The notes beneath the pieces are model-generated. The model saw nothing but the letters and a program-made list of their open reading frames with translations, did not search any database and was not told where the DNA came from. Of a DNA stretch of 51,868 nucleotides, positions 27,426-36,402 are shown one piece after another. Source of the stretch: Gemmatimonadota bacterium (GTDB lineage: Bacteria > Gemmatimonadota > Gemmatimonadetes > Palauibacterales > KS3-K002); NCBI GenBank assembly GCA_039586795.1, contig JBDHJS010000038.1, forward strand, positions 1 through 51,868. Direction: 5' to 3'. Made by a program: the position numbers and the translations under genes. Numbering within the stretch: position 1 is the first letter of the stretch; every line of letters starts with the position of its first letter.

Positions 27426-28670
27426 ATGCAGGGTTCGCTAACCATGGGCGCGACCCGGCCCCGGCTGCTCAGTCTGCTCGCCGGTCTGGGAATGATCGTC
27501 TCATCGATTATCACGATCCAACACTACTACGCGGCAAATTTTCCCGAGTCGATCTACGAAGGCACGTTCTGCGATATCAGCGCCTTCTTCAACTGCGATG
27601 GCTCCGCGTTCTCCGTGATCTCGGCGATCGCCGGTGTGCCGCTGGGCTACTTCGGCATGTTCATCGGTTTGATGATCGTGCTGGGCGTGATATTCCCGTC
27701 GGAGCGTTTCGAACGAACGAACAAGTGGCTGTCGCTGATCAACGCTTTGGGCGTCGTGGCCTTGTTGATCTTTTCGGTCTTCATCCTGAAGAGTCTCTGT
27801 CTCTACTGCTCGGGCTTTTACGTTTTCGGGTTCTTCAGCTTCGGCCTCTTCTGGGTGTACGGGATCGATAAGCAGGAGCCGGGCCTCTTCCGCCGCTGGT
27901 TCCAGCCGTCGGTCAAGTACCTGGCGACGTATGGCCTGCTGGCCCTGTTGGGCGCCTACGGATTCGCCGAGTTCACCGGTGCGAAGCGAGATGCGCAGTC
28001 GGGCGGCGTGGCGGCCCGGGTGGTGAAGGAGTTCTACAACCTCGATCTGGTGGAGTGGCCCAGTCATATCTCGCCGTACTGGACGGTGAAGGCGACGGAC
28101 AGCTTCGAGGACGCACCGATCCGTATCGTCGAATACGGCGACCTGCTGTGCTCGGATTGCCTGTACCTCTACGAGCAGCTGAAGCAGCTGAAAGATGAAT
28201 TCGCCGGCAAGGTGAACATCGCTTACCAGATGTTCCCGCTCGAAGCGCAATGCAACGATGTGGTGGAGAAGGATCTGCACCCGGGCGCCTGTGATGTCTC
28301 GTTGATGGCGATCTACGATCCGGCGAAGTTCCTCGAGATCCACGACGAGGTTTACGAGAACTTCCGGCAGGCGCGCTACTCGCGAGAGTGGCAGGCGGAG
28401 CTGGCGGTACGTTTCGATGTGGAAGCCGCGCTGACCGACTCGGCGACGATGGCGGAGCTGCAGCGGCAGATCCAGACGGGCAAGGAATACGAGAAGACGC
28501 ACGAGCGGTACTCGCACGGTATCCGTTCGACGCCCACCATGATCATCAACAACCGTATGATCATCGGGACGCTGCCGTACGAGCAGTTGAGAGCGATCTT
28601 CCAGGCGCTGGTCGATGAGGCGGAGGGCGAGGGGCAGTTCATGGAGAACTGGGTGGACACGGGCCCCTGA
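27426..28670 (+). CDS. VKOR-DsbA/thioredoxin fusion disulfide-formation protein
   Basis: VKOR loop CDISAFFNC and CLYC; C-terminal DsbA-like IVEYGDLLCSDC and GIRSTPTMIIN. Confidence 0.88.
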   Translation: MQGSLTMGATRPRLLSLLAGLGMIVSSIITIQHYYAANFPESIYEGTFCDISAFFNCDGSAFSVISAIAGVPLGYFGMFIGLMIVLGVIFPSERFERTNKWLSLINALGVVALLIFSVFILKSLCLYCSGFYVFGFFSFGLFWVYGIDKQEPGLFRRWFQPSVKYLATYGLLALLGAYGFAEFTGAKRDAQSGGVAARVVKEFYNLDLVEWPSHISPYWTVKATDSFEDAPIRIVEYGDLLCSDCLYLYEQLKQLKDEFAGKVNIAYQMFPLEAQCNDVVEKDLHPGACDVSLMAIYDPAKFLEIHDEVYENFRQARYSREWQAELAVRFDVEAALTDSATMAELQRQIQTGKEYEKTHERYSHGIRSTPTMIINNRMIIGTLPYEQLRAIFQALVDEAEGEGQFMENWVDTGP

Positions 28671-28752
28671 TTCCGGCTCGATGGCGGGACGGCGGGCCGG
28701 GCGGCTCTGGAACACGAGCGCTCCCGGCCCGCTCAATTTGAGGAGGTACACG

Positions 28753-30183
28753 GTGTTGCGACGGTTTTTCGTTTTCGGAGCTCTGGCACTGGCCGTACCG
28801 ACGGCCGCAGCAGCGCAGGGCGCCGCGCTGTCCCGGCAGGTGCAAGCGTTCGTCAGCGTGGATGAGCCGGTCGTCGCGCTGATCAACGCACGGGTGATCG
28901 ATGGGACGGGCGGTCCGACGCGGGAAGGCCAGACGGTCGTGATTCGGGACGGAACGATCGTCGAGCTGGGCGCGACGGGAGAGGTGAGCGTGCCCGGCGG
29001 CGCCGAGGTGATCGACCTGGACGGCCGCACGCTGCTGCCCGGCTACGTGATGCTGCATGAGCATCTGTTCTACCCGGTGGGCGGCCGGCACTACAACGAG
29101 CAGGTGGTGAGCTTCCCGCGCCTCTATCTGGCGGGCGGCGCGACGACGATCCGCACGGCGGGGAGCATGAACGCCTACGCGGACCTGAACCTGAAGCGGG
29201 CGATCGACGCGGGGCAGGTCCCCGGCCCGGAGGTTCACGTCACGGGTCCGTACCTGAACGGTCCGGGCCTGCCGATTCTGGGCGTGAAGGCGTTGGAGGG
29301 TCCAGAGGACGCGCGGCGGATGGTGGAGTACTGGGCGGGAGAAGGCGTGACGTCGTTCAAGGCGTACATGCAGATCTCGCGGGCCGAACTGGGCGCGGCG
29401 ATCGAGGAGGCGCACGCGCGGGGTCTGAAAGTGACGGGCCATCTCTGCTCGGTGACGTACCGGGAGGCGGCGGATCTTGGGATCGATGACCTGGAGCACG
29501 GCTTCTTCGCTGCCACGGACTTCGTCGCCGAGAAAGAAGCGGACCGTTGTCCACCGGGCGAGCAGAGGACGGCCTCGCTTCTCGAGTTGGATGTCGATGG
29601 ACCGGAAGCGAAGGCGTTGATCGATCATCTGGTGTCGCGCGGCGTGGCGGTGACGTCAACGATGCCGGTGTTCGAGACTTACACGCCGGGCCGACCTCCC
29701 GCATGGAACGACGTGCTGGACGCCATGCTGCCGGAGACACGGGATCAGTATCTGCGCACGTACTCGCGCATCGCCAGCCGACCGGACTCGCCGTGGACGG
29801 AGCTGTTTGCCAAAGGAATGCAGTTGGAATACGCTTTCGCACAGGCGGGCGGACTGTTGGTGGTCGGCACCGACCCCACCGGCTACGGGGGAGTCGTCGC
29901 CGGGTTCTCGAACCAGCGGGTGGTGGAGTTGTTGGTGGAAGGAGGCTTCACGATCGAAGAGGCGATCAGCATCGCGACGTTGAACGGTGCCCGGTATCTG
30001 GAGATCGAGGACAGGGTGGGTTCGATTGAGGTGGGCAAGCAGGCCGATCTGATAGTGATAAGCGGCGACCCGCGTGAACGCTCCAACGCGGTCCGCAACG
30101 TCGAGTTGGTGTTCAAAAACGGAATCGGATACGACTCGGCGAAGTTGGTCGAGTCGGTGCGGGGCCTGGTAGGCTTGCGCTAG
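28753..30183 (+). CDS. Exported amidohydrolase family protein
   Basis: LLPGYVMLHEH, KVTGH, LEHG, VGTD, GSIEVGKQADL. Confidence 0.88.
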   Translation: MLRRFFVFGALALAVPTAAAAQGAALSRQVQAFVSVDEPVVALINARVIDGTGGPTREGQTVVIRDGTIVELGATGEVSVPGGAEVIDLDGRTLLPGYVMLHEHLFYPVGGRHYNEQVVSFPRLYLAGGATTIRTAGSMNAYADLNLKRAIDAGQVPGPEVHVTGPYLNGPGLPILGVKALEGPEDARRMVEYWAGEGVTSFKAYMQISRAELGAAIEEAHARGLKVTGHLCSVTYREAADLGIDDLEHGFFAATDFVAEKEADRCPPGEQRTASLLELDVDGPEAKALIDHLVSRGVAVTSTMPVFETYTPGRPPAWNDVLDAMLPETRDQYLRTYSRIASRPDSPWTELFAKGMQLEYAFAQAGGLLVVGTDPTGYGGVVAGFSNQRVVELLVEGGFTIEEAISIATLNGARYLEIEDRVGSIEVGKQADLIVISGDPRERSNAVRNVELVFKNGIGYDSAKLVESVRGLVGLR

Positions 30184-30207
30184 CAGATCGACCGGCCGTT
30201 ACCTGAC

Positions 30208-31635
30208 GTGATCGCCCGCCTCGATCTTCTCGATTCAGCCACGGTAGCCGTTGGCTCGCTTGTTTTCTTGGCTCTCGTGTGGGCCGCCGTGGTGTCGTAT
30301 CGAGAGCGAGAGCCGCGAGCGGTTGCTGTCGCGCTGCTGCTGGGTTTGCTCGCGCCTCTTCCTTATTTGATCGTTGGGCTCTCCACGTTTTCGCTCCAAA
30401 CGGCATTCGAAATTGTTCTGCTGTCGGCTACGGGCCTGACCCTTTTTCTGCTGTTCGTGCCGGCAGGTAATCGCCCGGTGATCGGGGATGACACGCCGAC
30501 GACGCGGATCGATGAGCGGGACATCATGTTCTCGCGCAACCTGTTGCTGGAGGGTGAGGACCGGTTCGAGGAGTACTACGCGGCGAACCCTGAGAAGCGG
30601 GCGCTGGACGACGCGTTCAGGGCGAAGCCGGGGTTCCTTGGTAGAAAGGCGACGGCGTACAACGCCTATCATTTCGCTTCTACGGATGCCAGCTTCTGGA
30701 CGATCGAGCAGCTGCGGCCGCACGTGGAAGGGCGACCGGCCCGCAAGCGGGTCGAGTCGGATCCAGAAGCGATCACTCTATACATCAAAGGATGGGTGCA
30801 CAAGCTGGGCGCCGAGTCGGTGGGCGTCACCGAGCTGCGGGACTATCACAAGTACAGCGTCATAGGTCGTGGCACGAAGTACGGCCGACCGGTGGAGCTG
30901 AACCACGATTACGCCATCGCGCTGACCGTGGAGATGACGAAGGCGATGGTCGACCGGGCGCCGCTGGGTCCGACGGCGATGGAGTCCGCCCAACAGTATG
31001 TGGACTCGGGGGTCATCGCGGTGCAGGTCGCTCAGTTCATCCGGCTGCTGGGCTACCACGCCCGGGCGCACATCGATGGCAACTACCGGGTCGTCTGTCC
31101 GCTGGTGGCGCGGGACGCGGGGCTGGGCGAGCTCGGTAGGATGGGGCTGCTGATGACGCCGGAACTGGGACCGCGGGTACGACTGGCCGTGGTGACGACT
31201 GATCTACCGCTTGTCGTTGATGAACGGGTTCCGGATCACTCGATGGTCGACTTCTGCACGCACTGCAAGAAGTGCGCGGAGGTCTGTCCATCGGAAGCGA
31301 TCCGTTTCGATGACAGGCGGGAGGTCGACGGCGTCCGGCGTTGGCAGATCAACCAGGAAGCGTGTTTTACTCTTTGGTGTGAAGTGGGAACCGACTGCGC
31401 TCGCTGTATGTCGGCCTGCCCTTATTCTCATCCCGACAACGCGCTTCATCGACTTGTTCGATTCGGTGTGCGCAGGAACGGACTGTTTCGCAGGCTGGCG
31501 ATTAAGGGCGATGATCTGTTCTACGGAAGGAAGCGTCCGCCGGCTCGACTCGCGGGCTGGCTGAAGATCGAGGAAGCCGCAGGTCCCCAGGACGCGGGAG
31601 GTAAAAATGGCCACGATGAATCAAGCCGTAGATGA
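30208..31635 (+). CDS. Reductive dehalogenase-like cobalamin/Fe-S protein with three N-terminal TM helices
   Basis: RIDERD, FIRLLGYHARAH, ARDAGLGELGRMGLLMTPELGPRVRL, TTDLPL, FCTHCKKCAEVCP, C-X10-CARCMSACP. Confidence 0.8.
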   Translation: MIARLDLLDSATVAVGSLVFLALVWAAVVSYREREPRAVAVALLLGLLAPLPYLIVGLSTFSLQTAFEIVLLSATGLTLFLLFVPAGNRPVIGDDTPTTRIDERDIMFSRNLLLEGEDRFEEYYAANPEKRALDDAFRAKPGFLGRKATAYNAYHFASTDASFWTIEQLRPHVEGRPARKRVESDPEAITLYIKGWVHKLGAESVGVTELRDYHKYSVIGRGTKYGRPVELNHDYAIALTVEMTKAMVDRAPLGPTAMESAQQYVDSGVIAVQVAQFIRLLGYHARAHIDGNYRVVCPLVARDAGLGELGRMGLLMTPELGPRVRLAVVTTDLPLVVDERVPDHSMVDFCTHCKKCAEVCPSEAIRFDDRREVDGVRRWQINQEACFTLWCEVGTDCARCMSACPYSHPDNALHRLVRFGVRRNGLFRRLAIKGDDLFYGRKRPPARLAGWLKIEEAAGPQDAGGKNGHDESSRR

Positions 31636-32080
31636 CTTTCTCTCACAGAAGACGATCGCGGTCGCCGGTGTCTCGCGGGATGAAAACCAGCCGGCGAACT
31701 TCATCTATAGGAAGTTGCGCGGTGCAGGCTATAGCGTATACCCGGTGAATCCGAACGCCAAGGAGCTGGAGGGCGATCGCTGTTACCCCGACCTGGGTTC
31801 GATACCGGAGGGATTGGACGGCGTCGTAATCGCAACGCATCCCAAGGCGGCTTTCGATGTGGTGCGGGAGTGCGCGGACGCGGGTGTGAAGCGGGTATGG
31901 ATGCATCGGTCCTTCGGAAAGGGGAGTGTGTCGAAGGGCGCCGTCGAATTCTGTCGGGAGAACGGTATCGCGTGTATCGACGGCGGGTGCCCGATGATGT
32001 ACTGTCCGCCTGTCGATATGGCGCACCGATGCATGCGGTGGGTGCTGAGTGTTACGGGCGGTCTGCCGAGGAAGATCTGA
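31607..32080 (+). CDS. CoA-binding protein (YccU-like)
   Basis: IAVAGVSRD, VYPVNP, GVKRVWMH, GGCPMM. Confidence 0.88.
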   Translation: MATMNQAVDDFLSQKTIAVAGVSRDENQPANFIYRKLRGAGYSVYPVNPNAKELEGDRCYPDLGSIPEGLDGVVIATHPKAAFDVVRECADAGVKRVWMHRSFGKGSVSKGAVEFCRENGIACIDGGCPMMYCPPVDMAHRCMRWVLSVTGGLPRKI

Positions 32081-32101
32081 ATCCGTATTTCGAATAGTAA
32101 A

Positions 32102-32134
32102 CGCCCTCCACGCGCTGAGAGCACGTGGAGGGCG
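32102..32134. terminator. Hairpin between convergent genes, probable bidirectional terminator
   Basis: CGCCCTCCACG / CGTGGAGGGCG perfect 11-bp arms. Confidence 0.65.
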
Positions 32135-32158
32135 CTGTCGTAATTGCGAGAGTCTTCT

Positions 32159-33397
32159 TCAGGTCGCCTGCACGATCTTGAGACGAAGTACGTACTGGAC
32201 GTCGAGCTCGTCGCGCCAGACACCATAGATGTGGTCGCCACGGAACAGGCGGGGCGCGAAGCGATCCGGCATCGTGACGACGCCGAGATAGCGGCCCTCG
32301 GCATCGAATACATCCCACTCGGGCGCACCCAGATCCTGTAGAACGTCGAAGGACTCGAGTTCTTCCTCGCTCAGCTCGGTCACCGACTGGATATGCTGGA
32401 CCCAGATCGTTCCGTCGGAACCGCCGATGACCGAGGAGAAGGCCGGGATATACTCGCCGAAGTCCAGGGCGTCGATGATCTGCTCGGCGAGCCCCGGCGG
32501 CACGGCGGCGCCGGCCTGCTCGATCTGCCGTCTGAACCACCCGCTGATGGCGTCCTTGGTCCCCTGGCCAACCAGCTCGGGCTCGAACTGTTGAGTGATC
32601 ACCCGCTCCAGCTCGCCGTTCGCGTAGACCTCGATACGGTAGTCGTTATTCAAGCCGAACAGCAGCTTGCCATCCTCCGTGAGAGCCCAGGCTCCCTCTG
32701 TAGAGAAGATCGTGTAGTCCGGGAAGCCCTGGGAGAACGAGACGGTCTCGCCGGTCGGGAATCTCTTCAGCGTGTCGGTAATGGTCCCGTCGGCGGTGAT
32801 GACGAGCACGGCATCGGAAGAATCCTGTCTCGGTAGATTGGGCAGATCCAGCGGCCGCTGCTGGTATGCCATGACGCCAGATGGAGTGGACGCCCAAACA
32901 GCGGGGACGCCACCTTCCAAGCTCAGGGGGAAGCTGCTGTAGTCGGTGCGATCGGGCGGGAAGATGTTCACCCGGCGATTGTTCATGTCGGGAACCAGAA
33001 GCGTATCTCCGGGACCCATCAGGAGGAAGAACGCTCCCGTGAACTCGCCGGGCCCGCCACCGCGCTGACCTATGGTCTCGACGTAGTTACCCTCCGTGTC
33101 GTAGACCTTCAGGTTTTGGGCCTGCACGTCCATCACGTAGAGGAAGCCCTTTGAATCAATGGCGATGTCGCCGACCTGGCCGAACTGATACTCGGGGTCG
33201 CCTTCGATCGATCCGATCTTGAGCTCCTCTTCCAGGAACCAGCCCTCGCCCGTGCCCCAGGTGCCTTCTGCGGGGTTGGATACCATGGTTACGCCAGCGC
33301 TGTCGGATACCGAGCCGGTCCAGTCGCCGCCGCCGCCGCTGGAACAGCCAACGGCCAGCAATGCGACTGCGGCCAACGTGAATGCTTTGCCTTTCAT
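32159..33397 (-). CDS. 6-bladed beta-propeller lipoprotein
   Basis: Lipobox AVGC; VSDSAGVTMVSN; GQRGGGPGEF; WDVFDAEGRYLG; RDELDVQYV. Confidence 0.82.
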   Translation of the reverse strand: MKGKAFTLAAVALLAVGCSSGGGGDWTGSVSDSAGVTMVSNPAEGTWGTGEGWFLEEELKIGSIEGDPEYQFGQVGDIAIDSKGFLYVMDVQAQNLKVYDTEGNYVETIGQRGGGPGEFTGAFFLLMGPGDTLLVPDMNNRRVNIFPPDRTDYSSFPLSLEGGVPAVWASTPSGVMAYQQRPLDLPNLPRQDSSDAVLVITADGTITDTLKRFPTGETVSFSQGFPDYTIFSTEGAWALTEDGKLLFGLNNDYRIEVYANGELERVITQQFEPELVGQGTKDAISGWFRRQIEQAGAAVPPGLAEQIIDALDFGEYIPAFSSVIGGSDGTIWVQHIQSVTELSEEELESFDVLQDLGAPEWDVFDAEGRYLGVVTMPDRFAPRLFRGDHIYGVWRDELDVQYVLRLKIVQAT

Positions 33398-33656
33398 GGA
33401 TTGCGTGCCTCCGTGTAATCACCGTGGGTCGAGGATGCCTACTGTATGCAAGGCGGCACCCGGCCGAATCGGGCCAGAATGGCCTCATGACTCGCTTCTG
33501 CCGGCCTGCCTGGTTGGGTCATTGACGCCTCCGCGCTGCTTCCTGTCTAGGAATACACTACGGGTGCGGGATTATTCGCGTTTCTGGATCGGTCGGGGCT
33601 GCACAAGTATCTTCGTTGCTGTCTGAAACGCAAGGTTGAACCACAGGAGGCGTGCG

Positions 33657-34160
33657 ATGGACCCCAACCAAAAGAAGACGGCCCTACGGATGATCCCGTA
33701 CGGCCTGTACGTGTTGACCGCTGAGACAGACGACGGGCAAGTGGCGTCTGCGACCGTGAACTGGGTAACGCAGGTGTCCTTTGAGCCGCCGCTCGTCGTG
33801 GTCGGCGTGAAAGCCGACTCGGGACCCCACGAGGTCATCAAGCAAGCGGGCTGCTTCGCGCTGAACGTCCTGGGGAAGGATCAGGGTGGCGCGGCATACA
33901 CGTTCTTCAAGCCGGCCGAACGTGAAGGCGACGCGATCGGCGGCGAGGCGGTGCGTGCTGGTTCGACGGGGGCGCCGGTTCTCGAGTCTTGTCCGGCTTA
34001 CATAGAGTGCCGGCTGGTCGAGACGGTGGAGAAAGGTGACCACTCGATATTCGTGGGCGAAGTTGTGGATGCGGGAGTGGCGTCGGAACCTGACGGCCGG
34101 CCGGACGATGTGACCCTCACCCTGCGCGATCTCGGCGACAACATCTTCTACGGCGGCTGA
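33657..34160 (+). CDS. Flavin reductase family protein
   Basis: YGLYVLT, WVTQVSFEPP, FALNVL, GAPVL, GDHSIFVGEV. Confidence 0.9.
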   Translation: MDPNQKKTALRMIPYGLYVLTAETDDGQVASATVNWVTQVSFEPPLVVVGVKADSGPHEVIKQAGCFALNVLGKDQGGAAYTFFKPAEREGDAIGGEAVRAGSTGAPVLESCPAYIECRLVETVEKGDHSIFVGEVVDAGVASEPDGRPDDVTLTLRDLGDNIFYGG

Positions 34161-34170
34161 TCTCACTCCT

Positions 34171-34689
34171 ATGGGCATCCGAATCGCAGTGGGTCCCGCT
34201 CGTAACTTCGAGGGATTGACTACCGACGCGATCGTGTTGGAGGATGATACGCAAGGAGTGTTGGGCGCCGATCCGTTCCCGAAGGAGCGTTACGAGGACA
34301 CGGGTCGGTTGCTGCACAAGGCGGTGGCCAACGTGCCTGAAAAGCCGGGCAACGTGCTGGTGCGGGAAGGGACTCCAGTGGCCCTTCACGCGGTCATTCA
34401 CGATCTGGAAAGCGAACCGACCTGGCGTGAAGAGTGGATCGTCGATGCTCTGTGCGGGATCTTCAAGGAAGCCGAGAGCCGAGCGCTGCGATCGCTGACG
34501 ATGCCCATGCTCGGTACGACCCACGGCAGCCTGAAGCCAGGCCGCTTCGTTCAGTTGCTGCGCTCAGCCCTCTCCCACGCGAGCTTCGAGGAGCTGGAAC
34601 TGATCCGGCTGGTCGTGCCGCCAGGAACAGCTCCCAGCGACCTGGACCCGCTGCGCGAGTACGATCTGGAGGTCCGCCTGACGCCCTGA
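34171..34689 (+). CDS. Degenerate macro-domain-like protein
   Basis: DAIV, LHAV, LRSLTMPMLGT pattern of macro domains; the usual N/G-rich loop is not evident. Confidence 0.55.
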   Translation: MGIRIAVGPARNFEGLTTDAIVLEDDTQGVLGADPFPKERYEDTGRLLHKAVANVPEKPGNVLVREGTPVALHAVIHDLESEPTWREEWIVDALCGIFKEAESRALRSLTMPMLGTTHGSLKPGRFVQLLRSALSHASFEELELIRLVVPPGTAPSDLDPLREYDLEVRLTP

Positions 34690-34692
34690 AAC

Positions 34693-34769
34693 AGCGGTTT
34701 CTTTCGGGGTTGGGGTGCTTTAGATTTCCGCATACGGAAAGGAAAAGCACCATGCTGCACGGAACCGCT
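34693..34769. other. Nested intergenic hairpin
   Basis: AGCGGTT/AACCGCT, GGTGCTTT/AAAGCACC and TTTCCG-CATA-CGGAAA. Confidence 0.6.
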
Positions 34770-35063
34770 AAACCGATTCAGGATAAGGGTTTTGGGCGGC
34801 CAGTCGCCGCGCCTCCGGCGCGTCAGGGCCCCCGGTTCCAGCCTCCCATTCGGGTCCTGCCCGAGGAAGCCCGTCCCGGCATCTTCGCCCCACCCAACTA
34901 AACGTGGCCCGGCGCGGGCGACGTCGCCGGAACCGCCGCGGGAATTAGCTCAGAGCGAATTGACCGCCCGTCTTCCCGGCGGCAGCCGTGATATGTCCGC
35001 TGTCGTGCTCTCCGCATTCGTTCGGCTGAACCACTGAAGACACCGTTCTTGGAGATATGTAAG

Positions 35064-36374
35064 ATGCCTGAGGTCACTGTACCCGCAGACGCGGTCTTTC
35101 CGATACTGAAAGACAACATTCTGGTCGACGGATTCCACGTGGTGATCGATTTGGAGAAGTCGCGAGGCTCAGTCATCGTGGATGCTCTGGAAGGAAAAGA
35201 GTATCTGGACTGCTACGGCTATTTCGCGACGCTGCCGATCGGCCACAATCATCCGAAGATGGATGACGAGGGTTTCCGCAAGTCTTTGATGATTGCCGCG
35301 CTGTGCAATCCGGCGAACAGCGATATGTACTCGAAGGAGTTCGCGGCGTTCGTTAAGAAGTTCCGCGACCTGGCCGTGCCCGACGATTTCGTGCACCTGT
35401 TCTTCATCGCCGGTGGCGCGCTGGCGGTGGAAAACGCGATGAAAGCGGCATTCGATTGGAAGGCGCAGAAGAACCGCGCGAAGGGCATCGACGGCGGCGC
35501 CGACAAGATCATGCATTTCCGCGAGGCGTTCCACGGCCGCAGCGGTTACACGCTGTCGGTGACGAACACCGACCCGACCAAGACAGACGACTTCCCGAAG
35601 TTCGATTGGCCGCGCATCTCCAGCCCGGCGCTCGAATTCCCGGTGAATGAGGCGGAGATCGCAGCCGCCGAAGAGCAAGCGTGCAAAGAGATCGAGGCGG
35701 CCTTCGCGAACGATCCGCATGGCATCGCCGGGATCCTGATCGAGCCGATCCAGTGCGAAGGCGGTGACCGTCATTTCCGGCCCGAGTTCATGAGGAAGCT
35801 GCGGGATTACGCCGATGAGCACGAGGCGCTGCTCCTCTTCGATGAGGTGCAGACGGGGATGGGCGTGACAGGCAAGATGTGGGCGTACCAGCTACACGGC
35901 GTGACGCCCGACATCATCTCGTTCGGCAAGAAGACCCAGGTGTGCGGGATCATGAGCACATCGCGGATCGACGATGTGCCGACCAACGTCTTCCAGGTCT
36001 CATCACGCATCAACTCGACCTGGGGCGGTAATCTGGTCGATATGGTTCGTTGTGCCCGCTATCTGGAGATCATCGAGGAAGAGTCGCTAATCGAGAGCGC
36101 GGCGAAGGTCGGCTCGTACTTCCTCGAAGGACTTTTGAAACTGGCAGCCGACTTCGACGTGGTGAGCAACGTACGCGGTCAGGGTCTGTTGCTGGCGTTC
36201 GATACACCGGACGGCGAGACCCGCGATCGGATCCGACAGAAGTGCTGGGACGCCGGATTTGCTGCCCTGGCGTGCGGCCCGCGTTCGCTGCGTTTCCGAC
36301 CGCCGCTGGTCTTCAGTCGGGAGGAAGCGGACCAGGCGCTGACGACGCTGCGCGAAGTGCTGGGAAAGATGTAG
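35064..36374 (+). CDS. lat: L-lysine 6-aminotransferase (class III PLP)
   Basis: NPANSD, GGALAVENAMKAAFDWK, AFHGRSGYTLS, EPIQCEGGD, DEVQTG, FGKKTQVCG, RINSTWGG. Confidence 0.88.
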   Translation: MPEVTVPADAVFPILKDNILVDGFHVVIDLEKSRGSVIVDALEGKEYLDCYGYFATLPIGHNHPKMDDEGFRKSLMIAALCNPANSDMYSKEFAAFVKKFRDLAVPDDFVHLFFIAGGALAVENAMKAAFDWKAQKNRAKGIDGGADKIMHFREAFHGRSGYTLSVTNTDPTKTDDFPKFDWPRISSPALEFPVNEAEIAAAEEQACKEIEAAFANDPHGIAGILIEPIQCEGGDRHFRPEFMRKLRDYADEHEALLLFDEVQTGMGVTGKMWAYQLHGVTPDIISFGKKTQVCGIMSTSRIDDVPTNVFQVSSRINSTWGGNLVDMVRCARYLEIIEEESLIESAAKVGSYFLEGLLKLAADFDVVSNVRGQGLLLAFDTPDGETRDRIRQKCWDAGFAALACGPRSLRFRPPLVFSREEADQALTTLREVLGKM

Positions 36375-36402
36375 CTTTCGATTTCGACTCATACTACCGG
36401 GA

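Noticed and set aside
34690..35040. tRNA-Sec, SRP RNA, 6S RNA or lysine riboswitch
   Set aside because: No UCA anticodon arm or T-loop, no SRP core motif and no riboswitch consensus recognised.
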